DNA from: an uncultured Planctomycetota bacterium
Lineage (GTDB): Bacteria > Planctomycetota > Planctomycetia > Isosphaerales > Isosphaeraceae
Direction of reading: 5' to 3'
DNA: 64,000 nt
NCBI GenBank assembly: GCA_963823665.1
Contig: CAWGMQ010000011.1
Location: 608,001-672,000, forward strand
The notes beneath the pieces were generated by a model, which was not told the DNA's origin, ran no database searches, and saw only the letters and a program-made list of their open reading frames with translations. Made by a program: the position numbers and the translations under genes. This document shows positions 52,004 to 63,359 of the stretch, piece by piece. How positions within the stretch are numbered: position 1 is the stretch's first letter; the number at the start of each line of letters is the position of its first letter.

Positions 52004-52121
52004 TCGACACGCCTCGACACGACATCGACACGACATCGACACGCGGTAAGATCCAGAGCAGTTGGCGTTTAAGGCAAATACCTGCTGTATTTCGCAAAAG
52101 TCCTCGGAACGCCTCGACACG
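52004..52121 (+). repeat. Iteron-like octamer repeats
   Basis: TCGACACG at 52004, 52014, 52025, 52036 (10-11 bp period) and 52114. Confidence 0.8.
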
Positions 52122-52411
52122 CGTAAGTGATTACGCCACAGGGGGATGCCGAGAATCGGTGAAAACTGCCGGTTCTCGATCTTTTGCGCGGCGTATCGCG
52201 GCCGAAAGGGGGTTTGCCGCGTGAATGTGTGTGATCAGTGTGGGGGCGCGGGGTATGATCACCTGGCGCAGCGGATATCGTCACCCTGGAAGGGACGGGT
52301 TCATCCGCTCGTGAGGGGTGCTCGCATGGCGCGGCACCATGTCTGGAATTTTCACAATCCGCGACTCTCGATTGCTCCGTCGGGGACCGGTTCAGCGCTG
52401 CCACTTGACGC

Positions 52412-52760
52412 TCACTCCGGTGTTTTTCGCTGCCACTCGACATTCACTTTGATGCTTGCGTCGGCGGTACCATGCACGAGCAAGATTTGCAGCTCACCCG
52501 TTTCAAAGCCGAAGTTGAGAACCGAACTCGATCCGAGCGCTACTGATGCGCGTTTTCTGAAAGCCACTGGTGAGTTCCTGGCAGAGGGCAACGATCGCGG
52601 CCGACGTCTTTCCGAAGCTTTTTTCATTGAAGCCGCGAACGTCGCTCGGACCTCGTTCGTTCAAGTCGGGAGAGATCTGGACGAATACCTCCGTCTCGCT
52701 GGACCCCACTGGGATGCGAATGTAATCGTATCGTGATGCAGCGGGGGCTTTGGCGGACAT
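52412..52760 (-). CDS. Trypco1-like (CU044_2847-like) small protein (frameshift near 52520)
   Basis: Removing one base joins ORFs 52503-52760 and 52412-52627 into ...SSARIEFGLNFGFETGELQILLVHGTADASIKVNVEW, the xEFGxxx...A.xKVxxxW pattern of this family. Confidence 0.6.
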
Positions 52761-53052
52761 TGAATTGCCCTTTACTCAAGCAAGGCTGGCTTTCGGAATT
52801 GCCGGTCCGTCAGGCTGGTCGCTCGATTTGCTACTTGCTTGGGAAAGCCGACGGGCTCGGCGATGGCCGCTGAATCTAGAGTATATCGGCGCGATCGATC
52901 GAGTTCGAGGGCACCTCATCATTCGATCAGCGGGAAGGAAATGCCGCGCGGTTGCACCCGGTTGCAGAGATAGGTAAAATGAGTTGACTGGGCAAAGCGT
53001 GCTGTGCACGTTGTCGGAGATGTTCGAAGGTGACGCCAGCGGGAAGACGTCG

Positions 53053-55638
53053 ATGGCGAATGGGCTTAGGCAGGAATCCCGACGGCTTTCTTGGAATGAC
53101 CTGAGCGGCGTTCAGCAGAGCGCGGTCACAGTGATTCTGGAGTTACTGGCGGGAACGGTAGATGAACTGGCGAGCCTGCAGAGGTCGGGTGCGCTCGGCG
53201 CTCGCCGTGGCGGCCTGGATTTCGCGCTCGACAGGACACGATCGAGCCGGCTGGTTTTTCTTTCGGGTGACAGGGGAACGGGGAAGACGACCGTGTTGCT
53301 AACGGTGCGGTCGCTGTGCAAGCGAGCGATACCCGAGAACCCGCTCGGCAGCACACGGGAGGCGCCATGGGAAGCGCTCCGAAAGGTGGCACCTCAACTG
53401 GCGTGGCTGGAACCTTTGGACATGGAGACGGTACCCAAGTCGGGGAATCTGATGGCGGCGATTCTGGCGCGGATCGACGCCGCCTGTGATGGGCTGAATC
53501 TCGCGAGCGACGGTGTGGGGGGGCGGGATGAGTTGGCGCCGGGGCGGGCGAGCCGCGGGCTACTCGACCCTGGCCCGGACTATCACCGAGCTTTGCTCGA
53601 TCTTCAGCGGCTGCAAACACGAGTGGCGCTGGCGTGGGAGGGGAATCTTCCGGGGCGCGGGGGCGGGCTCGATGCCGAATCGTACGCGGTGGAGGTGATC
53701 CGGGCGGAAAAGGCGAGGTTATCGCTCAGCCGTGATTTCAACGACGTGCTGGAGGGGCTTGCCGCGCAGGGGTTCGACCGCCGGCGGGAGCCTCCTGGAC
53801 CGCTCTTCATCCTTCCGGTGGATGACGCCGATCTCAACCCGGCGAAGTGTCTGGAATTGCTGCAGATTCTACGGTTCATCTCCGTGCCACGGTTGTTTGC
53901 GATCGTGCTGGGCGACGTGGCGATGATCGAGACGGCTTTCAACCTGGCGATGGCGGGTGAGGTTGCGGCCGCCGGCGGGTCGGGCGGGTGGTTTCAACTT
54001 TTGCCGATCACGCTCGGCGAGGTGAAGAGCCGGATCAGCGAACTGGCCGCGAGCGCGGTGAGGAAGCTGATTCCTGTCGGCCAATCGATTCACTTGAAGG
54101 GAATGACAATCAGCGAGGCGCTCAAGTTCAGGCCGCGGGGTGACATCGGAATTGAAGTTCCGGAAGACAAGAAACCGCGGACTCTGGCCGACGTGATGAA
54201 GGCGTGTCCGGTGCAGACCGTGGCGTCTATTGACAGCGAGGGGAACGCTGGGCCATCGACAGAGGACCTCCACTGGTTCCTGATGACGCAGGGCTTGATC
54301 TCGCGGCTTGACGATGAGAATCCAGAGGGCCAGGAGCTGGTACACGGCTACCCGTTTCATGCGGCGCGTATGCTCGAGGCTGCGCCGCGGCGGGTTGCCG
54401 ATCTCTGGCAGCGGTTGCAGGACGTCGCGCTCGAGGGACCGGTCAAGTCAACGGCACCGGCGGCTGGTGTCGACGGGAAGGGGAAGCCGGCGGGAAAGTA
54501 GACGAAGCAGGTGGATGAGGACTCGAACGCGTTCCGCGGACCAGCGCAGAAGGTACTTCGTGTGATCGGCTCGTATTGCCGCGGGATGATCTCTGAGGAC
54601 ACGAGTCTGACGCCGGCCGGACGGGAGCGGGCGCTTCGAGCCATATCGGAGAGCGCGAGCGGTGGGTCGAGGATCGACTCGGGTGCATTCAGCGCGCAGC
54701 CGACCGTGGCGCCGGGTTTCGGGTACGGATTCAAGTCCGGGCTTGCGAACCCGGCTCGGCTGTTCGTCGAGGTTTTTCCCGCAACTGGTTGGAAAATGCG
54801 GGCGCGACTACTCTCCGGTGAGACGAACGGCCCCGAGGCGATGCCGTCTCTGGAAACCGCAACCGCGGCATCGGTGATGCTGATTCAATCTCTGGCCGCG
54901 CTGTCGCCAGACGACGGGCTCGCGAGCCGGCTGGTGTCAGTGCGCCGACGCGATTCGGAACAGTGGTGGGCGTGGTCGCACTGGAGGTTGGATTATGCCG
55001 CCCGAGTCGCACTTTACTGGCCGGTGCCGTACTGGTCGAGCTTCCGGGAATTCGACTTGTTTCTCGGACTATGGAGCGCAGCGATCGAAGCGGCCAAGAC
55101 GTTCAAAGAGCCAAAACCGGTGCGTGCCGGTGCCGTCGCCGATCGACTCGACTTCTTGATTTATTCCTGGCTCAATTGCGCGGCCCTGGTCATGGAGGGC
55201 AAGCAGGAATCTGCACTTACCACGACGGGCGCTGGTGCAGTTCGGTGGTATCCGCTGGTGCAGCGGCTTGGCAAACTGCTGGAGAGGGTTTCCGCCTCGA
55301 GCGCGGAAGACGCGACGGTTTCGTGGTTCCGCAACATCACGGTGCTACTCATGCCGGAGATGATCGGCAATCGGCCGCAAATCCGCAAACAGTTCGCGAG
55401 GTCGACGACGTTCAAGGAGTTCTGGGATCGGGAAGCGACCGAGATTACTCGGGTGCGACTGGACACACTGAGCGTCCTGGTAGCACACGAACTGCGGGAA
55501 TTCGCGCTCGAGGCCGGATCGGTGCAGATGCCGGAAGCCGCTAAAATCCAGTTGAAAAAAGGCGCAATCGAGTTGACTCCGCCAAGCAACATGGTTGGAG
55601 CGGCGGCGCAGCCGCCGCGGCCGGTAGGTAATGGATGA
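53053..55638 (+). CDS. rdrA: RdrA-like KAP-type P-loop ATPase (in-frame TAG at 54499-54501 splits it into 53053-54501 and 54511-55638)
   Basis: Walker A FLSGDRGTGKTT, Walker B FILPVDDADLNP, LLQILRF...VLGD, VRKLIP; same frame continues after the TAG; ATGA overlap with the deaminase. Confidence 0.7.
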
Positions 55639-58347
55639 TCACTTCGCGCACGGCCCAGATTCCGATCGATCACATGGTCGCCGAGGTTGCGGCGTTCCCG
55701 CTCTCGTCGGAGGCCGCATTTGAGACCCATATCACGGAGATGGACGCGGAGCTTGGACCGCCGAGCAGCACGCTCTGGCGCGAGGCAGAGCGGCGGATCT
55801 TTGGTGGGTTTCCGGCGGTGTCGGTCGAGGAGGCGGTGGGAATTCGGGACAAGGTCTGGTTCGCGGGCCGCGGGAGGGAGCGGTGGGTGAGGATGGGGGA
55901 TTATCTGCGTAGAATTGCGCGGATGTTTCTGGAGGCGAAAAGCGACGCCGCGATGCCCGGATTACCGGACGCGCTCGGTGACCTGGGAACGGGAGGGTCG
56001 GGGCCGCGGGCTGCACGAGCGCGGCGAACATGGCGGTGGGTGTCGTTCGCGCTGCCGAGCGATCTGTTGATCGCCGCACTCGACGACACACTTGGCCCGT
56101 ACGAGCTGAGGACCGTGTCGCCGGCAGTGGACCGGCTGCTGCGCGACGGCGGGTTTGCGGAAACGCATCTGCACCTCGGTGCCGGCATGCCGTTTTCCAA
56201 CCTGTGGGTTGGACTGCTGCACGCGCTTGCGCGACCGGAGCTGCGGTCGTCCGCGTTTTCGAGTCCGGGGGCTGCGCTCGAAGAAGGCTCGCGGCTTGCG
56301 GAATGGTTGGTGCGAGGGGCCGTGGCGCGGTACGTGCTTGCGGCCTATCTTCACGACCGCGACTCGGGAGCGACGTTGGCGGAGTTTCTGAGCTTGACGG
56401 TGAAGCGCCGGCTGGGTGACCCGAGCGGGTATTCGCTGCTGGTGACGGGTCTGGCCGAGCTCGGCCGTGGCGAGCTTTCCGATGGCGCGAGCGAGACATT
56501 CCCGGCCTGGAAGGACCTGTATTCGCGGCTGACGCGCGTGACGACGGCAAGGCCTAGCCAGCAGTACGATTCTTTTGGGGAGGCCGACCCGATCGCGCCG
56601 TTCTTTACGCGAACCGGGCTGTATGAGCCGACGCCGGAAATGCGGTTTGTTTCGGCCGGGCTGACGCGCATGAAAGACGGAGCAGAGGACCGTTTGTTCG
56701 AGTTGCTTTTCTGGCAGACAGTGCGAATTCGAAGCATCTTCTACAGGCACGTGGTGCAGCGACCGATGACGCCCGGGCTGCAATGGTTCATCCGGTTCTA
56801 CGGCCGCATCAGGCACGGCCGCGAGCCGGCGATGTCGGTGGGGCTTCAGGTCGAGTCGGCGGCGAGGACGAGCGGAGCGGGGATGGGGCTCAAATCACTG
56901 GAGATCCGGACGTCGCCAGCACGATCGACATCAGACCTGATCAGCTTCCTGAACGATGTGGATGGAGCCACGGCGAAGCTCGAGGAGAAGGAACGGAAGG
57001 AGCACCGGCACTTCGAGGCGTGTGTCGTCCTGCACTTCACGAAGGACCGCGGGGGCCGAGCGCTGTCGGGCCTGCCGGCGGCGGACTGGCTCTGGAGTCA
57101 TGCAGATCCCGGCGCACGGGTGGAGACCGACCGCCTGACGCGCGATGTACCGCCGGCACCGGAGATGATTGGCAACCCTTCAGGCTATCGCTATTCGCGG
57201 TTCTATTCGCTCAAGTGCACCGAGGCGCGGGCTTTCGCCGGGGCGCTGCGCGAGTATCCGATGACGGTGCAGGTTCTGCGCGGAGTGGATGTCTGTACCG
57301 ACGAACTGGGCGTGCCGAACTGGGTGCTCGCGCCGATTCTGGGGCACGTGCATCGCGCGGCGGACTCGGCCTGCCGCGAGCTGCGTCGCATGTTGACGAT
57401 CCTGGTTCCTCCACTGCGTACAACGGTGCACGTCGGCGAGGACTTCGTGCATTTGCTCTCCGGTTTGCGGCGGGTGGACGAAGCGCTCGCTCATTTCGGG
57501 ATGCGTGAAGGGGATCGAATCGGCCACGGACTGGCGCTGGGGGTTGACCCACGTGCGTGGGTGCGCAGCGCAGGGAGGGTACCGCTGGCGCGAGAGGAGC
57601 GGCTTTTTGACCTGGCGTGGGAGTGGACGGTCGCGAGCAAGTACGAGCGTGGCGTGAGCGCGGACCGCCTGCATTCGATCAACCGGGAGATTCACGTGCT
57701 CTCCGAGCAGATCTTCGGGAAGGTGCTCCAAGCTGTCGAGGTTGCGGCTCTGGCGGAGGACTTATTCGATCGCTATGCGCTGTCGCGGGCGGGATTTCCG
57801 AATGGACCGATGCCAGGCAAGTCTCAGGGTGGGCCGCATGGTGGCCGGCGATTCAGCCTGCTGGTTGATTTCTTGACCGATCGAAGCGTGTTCCTCGCCG
57901 GGCGGGAAATCGAATGGATCGACCCTGCGGAGGAGGCGGATTCGCTCGCCTTGCTGCAGGCAGGATTGCGCAGCGGTTGCCAGTCGAGGAATCGTGGTTG
58001 AAGTGAACCCCACGTCCAACCTGTTGATCGGCGATCTGCACGATCTGACGTCGCACCCACTCTGGCGGTTGCGGCCGCCGCGGGAGGCTGTTGGCTGCGG
58101 GCCGCCGGTCTCGGTCTGCATCGGCTCGGATGATCCTGTGACCTTCGGCACGGAGCTGAGGCAGGAGTACCAACTGTTGCATGACTCACTGCTGCTTTCC
58201 GGCTTCTCGGATGAGGAGGCGCGGCGGTGGATCGACCGGACGCGAGCGAGCGGGCTGGAGTCGCGGTTCAGCGTGCCGAGAACGCGCCGTTATTCGCTGC
58301 GCTACTTCCGAAGCCGAAACAGCAGCCCCGAGCCGATCGTTCCCTAA
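55635..58347 (+). CDS. rdrB: RdrB-like large adenosine deaminase (frameshift near 57972)
   Basis: ETHLHLG, GLQWF, LEIR, LHFTK, GVDVCTDE, TVHVGED, DRIGHGLALG, VEVNPTSN, IGSDDPVTF; about 900 codons. Confidence 0.82.
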
Positions 58348-58469
58348 CGCGCGGTCGAGGTTGAGTCACGGATGCGGTTGTGGGAGGGGTTTTGATCGGA
58401 CGGTGGATCGCTTACTTTTCAGGCGAGGTCAAGCACGGCCGATCCACGTGAAGCACAGGTCTGCCTGGA

Positions 58470-58871
58470 ATGCGGGGCGACGGGCGAGGAAGGGCGCTGG
58501 ATTGCGGGTCGTGCCGGCGTCGCGCCCGGCGTAAACGTTCCCGTCGTCTGGAGGCAGTGTCCCCGGCTCGGCCGTGCGGCGGGGGGTTCTCGAGGATCAA
58601 ACACTGGATGATCTTGATTGCGGTTTGCGCGTTCTTGTTGGCGTTCCTTCGAACAGACGGGATGCTGACCCTTCTGGTGCTGGCGTTCGGCGTAGTGCCG
58701 GCGCAGTTGCTCACCGAGATTCGGGCGAACGGGCGCCGACGGCGGGGGGTGCCGATGTCTGGACGGGAGCGGACGGTGTCGGTGATTCAGTTGACGGTCG
58801 CGTTGCCGCTGCTTCTGATCTTGGCCGGCGAAATTGCAGCTTGCATTTTAAACACGTTCATTCCTCGCTGA
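58470..58871 (+). CDS. Hypothetical membrane protein
   Basis: FSRIKHWMILIAVCAFLLA plus two further hydrophobic segments; start uncertain. Confidence 0.55.
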   Translation: MRGDGRGRALDCGSCRRRARRKRSRRLEAVSPARPCGGGFSRIKHWMILIAVCAFLLAFLRTDGMLTLLVLAFGVVPAQLLTEIRANGRRRRGVPMSGRERTVSVIQLTVALPLLLILAGEIAACILNTFIPR

Positions 58872-59012
58872 GCCTGGTCGTCATTCTCGCCCTTTCGTTT
58901 TCCCTTGAACGGGGGGCGAGGGCCGTCCGAACCGTCGCTCGCACGGATCGCCAGGAGGGTCGCCCTCCCGGCAGGGATGAAAGCGCGCCTTGATGTTTGT
59001 ACCCCGGGGACT

Positions 59013-59228
59013 TTAACTTTCATCCCAAAGTTCGTTCCATGAAATCGTTGATGAGGGGTCGTTTCGCGATTCTTCCAATCGCCGATCGAGCTCGCCCACC
59101 AAGTCGTCTTCGAACGGGTCAGCGTCTTCGGGAGAAAGCGTTTCGAGCAGCCGCTCGGCAATGATCGCGCGTTCGCCCTCCGGCAACTCTAACGCCGCGT
59201 TCAATAGATCACGACACTTCGGCTCCAT
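59013..59228 (-). CDS. Putative addiction-module antitoxin (TIGR02574-like)
   Basis: GAGG RBS; LLNAALELPEGERAIIAERLLETL...ELDRR...ISWNE. Confidence 0.8.
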   Translation of the reverse strand: MEPKCRDLLNAALELPEGERAIIAERLLETLSPEDADPFEDDLVGELDRRLEESRNDPSSTISWNELWDES

Positions 59229-59301
59229 CGTTATGTCCTCTTGGGAGCCGCCAGATTGTCCAGTTCATTGTAATTGTGCCGCGATTCATTGCAAAGTAAA
59301 G

Positions 59302-60899
59302 TCATCGATTCAGGGCTTTGGTGATCTCATCTGCCAGCGTCCGTCGAACGATCTCGTTTGCTTGCTGCTCGCTCATGTCCTTGGGACTGTGCACCATTTC
59401 TCGGAAGACTGGGATCAGGTTTCCGGGGCCGGATAGATCGCTGCGGAATGCGATCTTGCCGGCGCGATCGATCACGATGAGGACGGGAAGCGCTCCGATT
59501 CCGTAAAGCGTGGCGGTTGCACCTCTCGGCGCGCGGGTATGCCGGCTTCGTCTACGGCCATCGCCAGCGGCGCGCCCTGGAAGGCAAGCACTCTGCGGCC
59601 CTGTTCCCGGGTGGTTTCTTCATCGGGCTCTGCGCTGTGGATTGCGAGAAACTCGACGTTTCGAGGTTTAAATTCGGCAGCAACCTTGCCGAGGGCCGGC
59701 AGCACGCTGACGCTCTGCAAGAATGGCATTCCCCAGAGATAGAGGACCACAACTTTTCCACGCTCGTCCGCGATCTTGCGAGGGACTCGATCGGACCAGG
59801 GGCCTACCTTCCATTCCGGCGCGGGCGCGCCGAGGGCAAGCGGCTCGTCGGGGCCTGCCCCGGGATTGACAGCAGGTGCGTTCATCCGTTCGGGCAACTT
59901 GATTCGAACGAGCCTCGGGCGAGCCGTCGGCCAGGTAGAAGTTGCTGGCTCGCACCTTCTCGTGGAACGCGTAGAGCATCACCACTCCTGGCGCAGACCA
60001 GGGATGGAGAATCGTCCGTTCTCGTCGGTCGTGCTCGACCCGGGAGGTCCGGTGGACCCGGCCCGGATCGAACGCTGGCGCGATTGAACGCGGGCTCCAG
60101 GCACGACTCGGCCAAGATGATCGAGCACGACGCCGCTGAGCGATACCCCACTATCCAGCCGGATGGGATCGACGACCTGGGGGCTATCGATCTCAGCGTC
60201 AGTCAGACTCACAGGAGCCTGGACGCCGGCGTAGCCTTCCCTCGTCACCGTGAGCAGCCCGATCCCGCGATCATCGGCTTGCGCCTGAGTGGCGACCCTG
60301 GGACTGAACATGCTGGGCACCGCGGTGACGAATCCCGGAAACGGGGTTTGCTTCGACCCGCGGGTGAACTGCACGGTCCAGATCGTGCCCCTTCGAACGT
60401 GGTATTCGCGGTGGATCGGCTGATTGGGCCGAACAGTGATATCTTCCGTTAATTCCTGATCCGAAAGTACGAGATAGCCAGGAGAAGGGTCGCTCAACCA
60501 GACGCGGGTGTTTCCTTCCGGGAGCTCGACGGTGAAGCGGCCGTTCGAGTCGGTCTCGACGATTCGTTCGTCGCGGCTTCCGGCGCCCATGACAAAGCCG
60601 ATTGAAATCTGGAATCTGGCGCCGGCGATGGGGTCTTCGGTCCCGTCGACCTTCACCGAGCCCGTCATCCGGGCGGCGACAGCGGGCGCTTTCGCTTGAC
60701 GGTCGGGAGCCTGCGCGGGCTTTTCCTGAAACGCGTCTGTTGCCGATGACCGAACAGCACAAGCCTCCGCGAATGTGGCGGCAGGTGCGGGCCAGACGCT
60801 GTACCCGGTTCCAACCGTGAACGATGCGACGGCCATCAGGACTTGAACAAACAGCCGGTGCGCTTGCGGAGCGTCGTGGCTCGATTGGTAGCCCAGCAT
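59302..60899 (-). CDS. Exported carboxypeptidase-regulatory-like domains plus TlpA-like domain lacking CxxC (frameshifts near 59975 and 59525)
   Basis: TDSNGRF, LSGVVLDHLGRVVPGARV, TTDENGRFSIPGL; LGAPAPEW, RGKVVVLYLWGMPF, VLIVIDRAGKI in successive frames. Confidence 0.65.
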
Positions 60900-61514
60900 A
60901 TCTGCAGTTCTCCTCAGTGATTTAGCGCCGTCTCTGTATTAACGGCTTCGCGGATTTCCGTCACGAGAATTCCTGGAGGTGAGAGGAGATCACGACGATT
61001 CGGGTCCATTGCACAACCCCTATCGCGGTGCGTGGCTGGTCTGGGTTATTGTAACTGAGCGGCGATAACACGCGGAGGACGTGGCGCGGTCGTATAACAT
61101 CGGGCGGTCGTCGATGTTGGTTGTTGCATTGATTGGGGGAGCATTGAGTAGCCGATTCAGAATCGCGCTCGTCGTACTCCGGCCGCCAGGAGCCAAAGCC
61201 GGGGTGGAGGATTCGATACCGGTCTGTACTAGCACCGCGGCGGCGCGGAACTGACGGCATGGGCCTCTTGGTCCGCGCGACGCACAATTGCAGCCGTCAA
61301 TCCCGCATGCTGGTCTGAGCGAGGATCAAAGGGCACGACCCCCTTGCCCGGTCGCCCTTGGAACCGTTAAGTTTGGAATTCGACATACATTGAAAACCGC
61401 GTCGATTGTAAATGTTATGAGAAGCTGAAGGTTTGGCAATCGTCTGGGGCCCGCCGGGCCGAAATCGGGCCTGATCATTCTTCGGTGGTCCGTCCGAAAG
61501 AGGAGAATTCACTC

Positions 61515-62353
61515 GTGGCCGAGAACATCAACGCCCTGCTCGAACGCGCAAGTCGATCCGGCAGGATATTCTGCGGATGACGACGGAAGCGGGATCGGGC
61601 CATCCCAGCAGCTCGCTGTCGGCGACCGAAGTCGTGACGGCCCTGTATTTCGGCGGTTTCCTCAATCATGACCCCAAGAAGCCGCACTGGCCGGAACGCG
61701 ATCGTTTCATCCTGTCGAAGGGGCACGCCGCCCCGGTGCTCTACGCTGCGCTCGGCCAGGCGGGCTATTTCCCCCACGACCAGATCATGACGCTGCGAAA
61801 GCTGGGCAGCCCGCTCGAAGGGCACCCGAACATGAAGCGGCTGGCTGGGGTCGAGGCTTCGACCGGCTCGCTGGGCCAGGGGCTGTCGATTGGAATCGGC
61901 CATGCTTTGGCCGCCCGAGTGGACAAGAAGAGCTACCATACTTACGTGATGACCGGTGACGGTGAGCTTGGCGAGGGCCAGAACTGGGAAGCCGCCGCCG
62001 CGGCGGTCAAGTACAAGCTTGACAATCTGACCCTCATCGTCGACCGAAACCACTTCCAGCAGACGGGGCCAGCCGAGGAAGTTCTCAACATGGACCCCGT
62101 CGACGGCAAGTTCACGGCGTTCGGCTGGAAGACGCAGGTCATCAATGGCAACGACATCAGGGAGGTGCTGAAGGCTCTCGAGCGTGCCCACGCGGTGGAG
62201 GGCCAGCCGAGCTGCATCGTGAGCCTCACCCATAAGGGGCAGGGAATCCTCAACCTCCTGCGCAAGCTGGGCGACACGAACTTCCACGGAAAACCGGTGC
62301 CGGAAAAACACCTGGCTGAGGCCCTCGCCGAAGTGGCTTCGGGCGGTGAGTGA
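61515..62353 (+). CDS. Transketolase N-terminal (TPP-binding) subunit (frameshift near 61550)
   Basis: AGGAG then GTG at 61515; SGHPSSSLS, DRFILSKGHA, LEGHP, STGSLGQG, GDGELGEG...DRN. Confidence 0.93.
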
Positions 62354-62372
62354 ATCGAATCAAGAAAGGTGA

Positions 62373-63359
62373 ATGCTCATGGCCGGCGCTTCTTCCGCGG
62401 TGACGACGAAACGAGAGCTGGGCAAGGCGACGCGCGACGCGTTTGGGCGGGCTCTCGAGGCTCTTGGGTCCGATCATCTCGATGTCGTCGTGGTGGACGC
62501 CGACGTCGGAAACTCGACCCGCACCGAGTGGTTCGGCAAGAAGTTTCCCGACCGATTTTTCAACATCGGGATTGCGGAGAGCAACCTGGTCGGCGTCGCG
62601 GCCGGGCTGGCTTCGGCGGGAAAGACGAGCGTGATCGCCAGCTTCGCGGCGTTCATCACGTGCAATGCGTATGACCAGCTTCGCATGTCGGTGGCCTACC
62701 CGGGCTTGAACGTCAAGGTCGTGGGAAGCCATGCCGGGATCTCGATCGGCGAGGACGGTGCTTCGCAGATGGGGATCGAAGACGTTGCGCTAGCGTGCTC
62801 GCTTCCCGGTTTTGTCGTGATGGTTCCGGCCGACGAAGAATCCGCGAAAGCGGCGACCGCGGCGATGCTCGAGCACAAGGGGCCGGTGTATCTGCGGGTG
62901 GGGCGGCCTGAAGTGCCCAAGATCTACACGAAGAGCCCGATGAAGTTCGAGATCGGCAAGGCGATCCCGCTACGCGACGGGGCCGACGTGACGATCGTGG
63001 CCAACGGTCTTCTGGTTGCGCCTGCGCTCGATGCGGCCGAGGTTCTCGCGGGCGAAGGCATCCAGGCCCGCGTGCTCGATATGCACACCGTCAAGCCGAT
63101 CGATTCGGCCGCGCTCGCGGCGGCAGCCAAGCAGACCGGGGCGCTGGTTGTGGCCGAGGAGCACCTGGCTCACGGCGGGCTGGGGAGCGCCGTCGCCATG
63201 ACGCTGGCGGCGATCCAGCCGGTTCCGATCCGCTTCGTCAACCTGGGCGACCAGTTCGGTGAAAGCGGGTCACCGGACGCATTGATCGAGAAGTATGGTC
63301 TGACCGCAGCCAACGTAGCCAAAGCCGCAAGGGAGGCCGTCGCGGCCAAGGGGCGGTAA
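62373..63359 (+). CDS. Transketolase C-terminal subunit
   Basis: ATRDAFG, GIAESN, HAGISIGEDGASQ, GPVYLR, TVKPID, EEH...GGLGS. Confidence 0.95.
   Translation: MLMAGASSAVTTKRELGKATRDAFGRALEALGSDHLDVVVVDADVGNSTRTEWFGKKFPDRFFNIGIAESNLVGVAAGLASAGKTSVIASFAAFITCNAYDQLRMSVAYPGLNVKVVGSHAGISIGEDGASQMGIEDVALACSLPGFVVMVPADEESAKAATAAMLEHKGPVYLRVGRPEVPKIYTKSPMKFEIGKAIPLRDGADVTIVANGLLVAPALDAAEVLAGEGIQARVLDMHTVKPIDSAALAAAAKQTGALVVAEEHLAHGGLGSAVAMTLAAIQPVPIRFVNLGDQFGESGSPDALIEKYGLTAANVAKAAREAVAAKGR

Noticed and set aside
52004..52121. CRISPR array
   Set aside because: Repeats are 8 bp with 2-3 bp gaps and no unique spacers; no cas genes
58470..58871. RdrC/RdrD SLATT accessory gene of RADAR
   Set aside because: Separated from rdrB by a gap; N-terminus is the generic planctomycete membrane anchor; no SLATT features recognisable by eye
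49000..59230. Intact prophage or ICE
   Set aside because: No integrase, terminase, capsid, relaxase or att/tRNA site visible; at most a degenerate element
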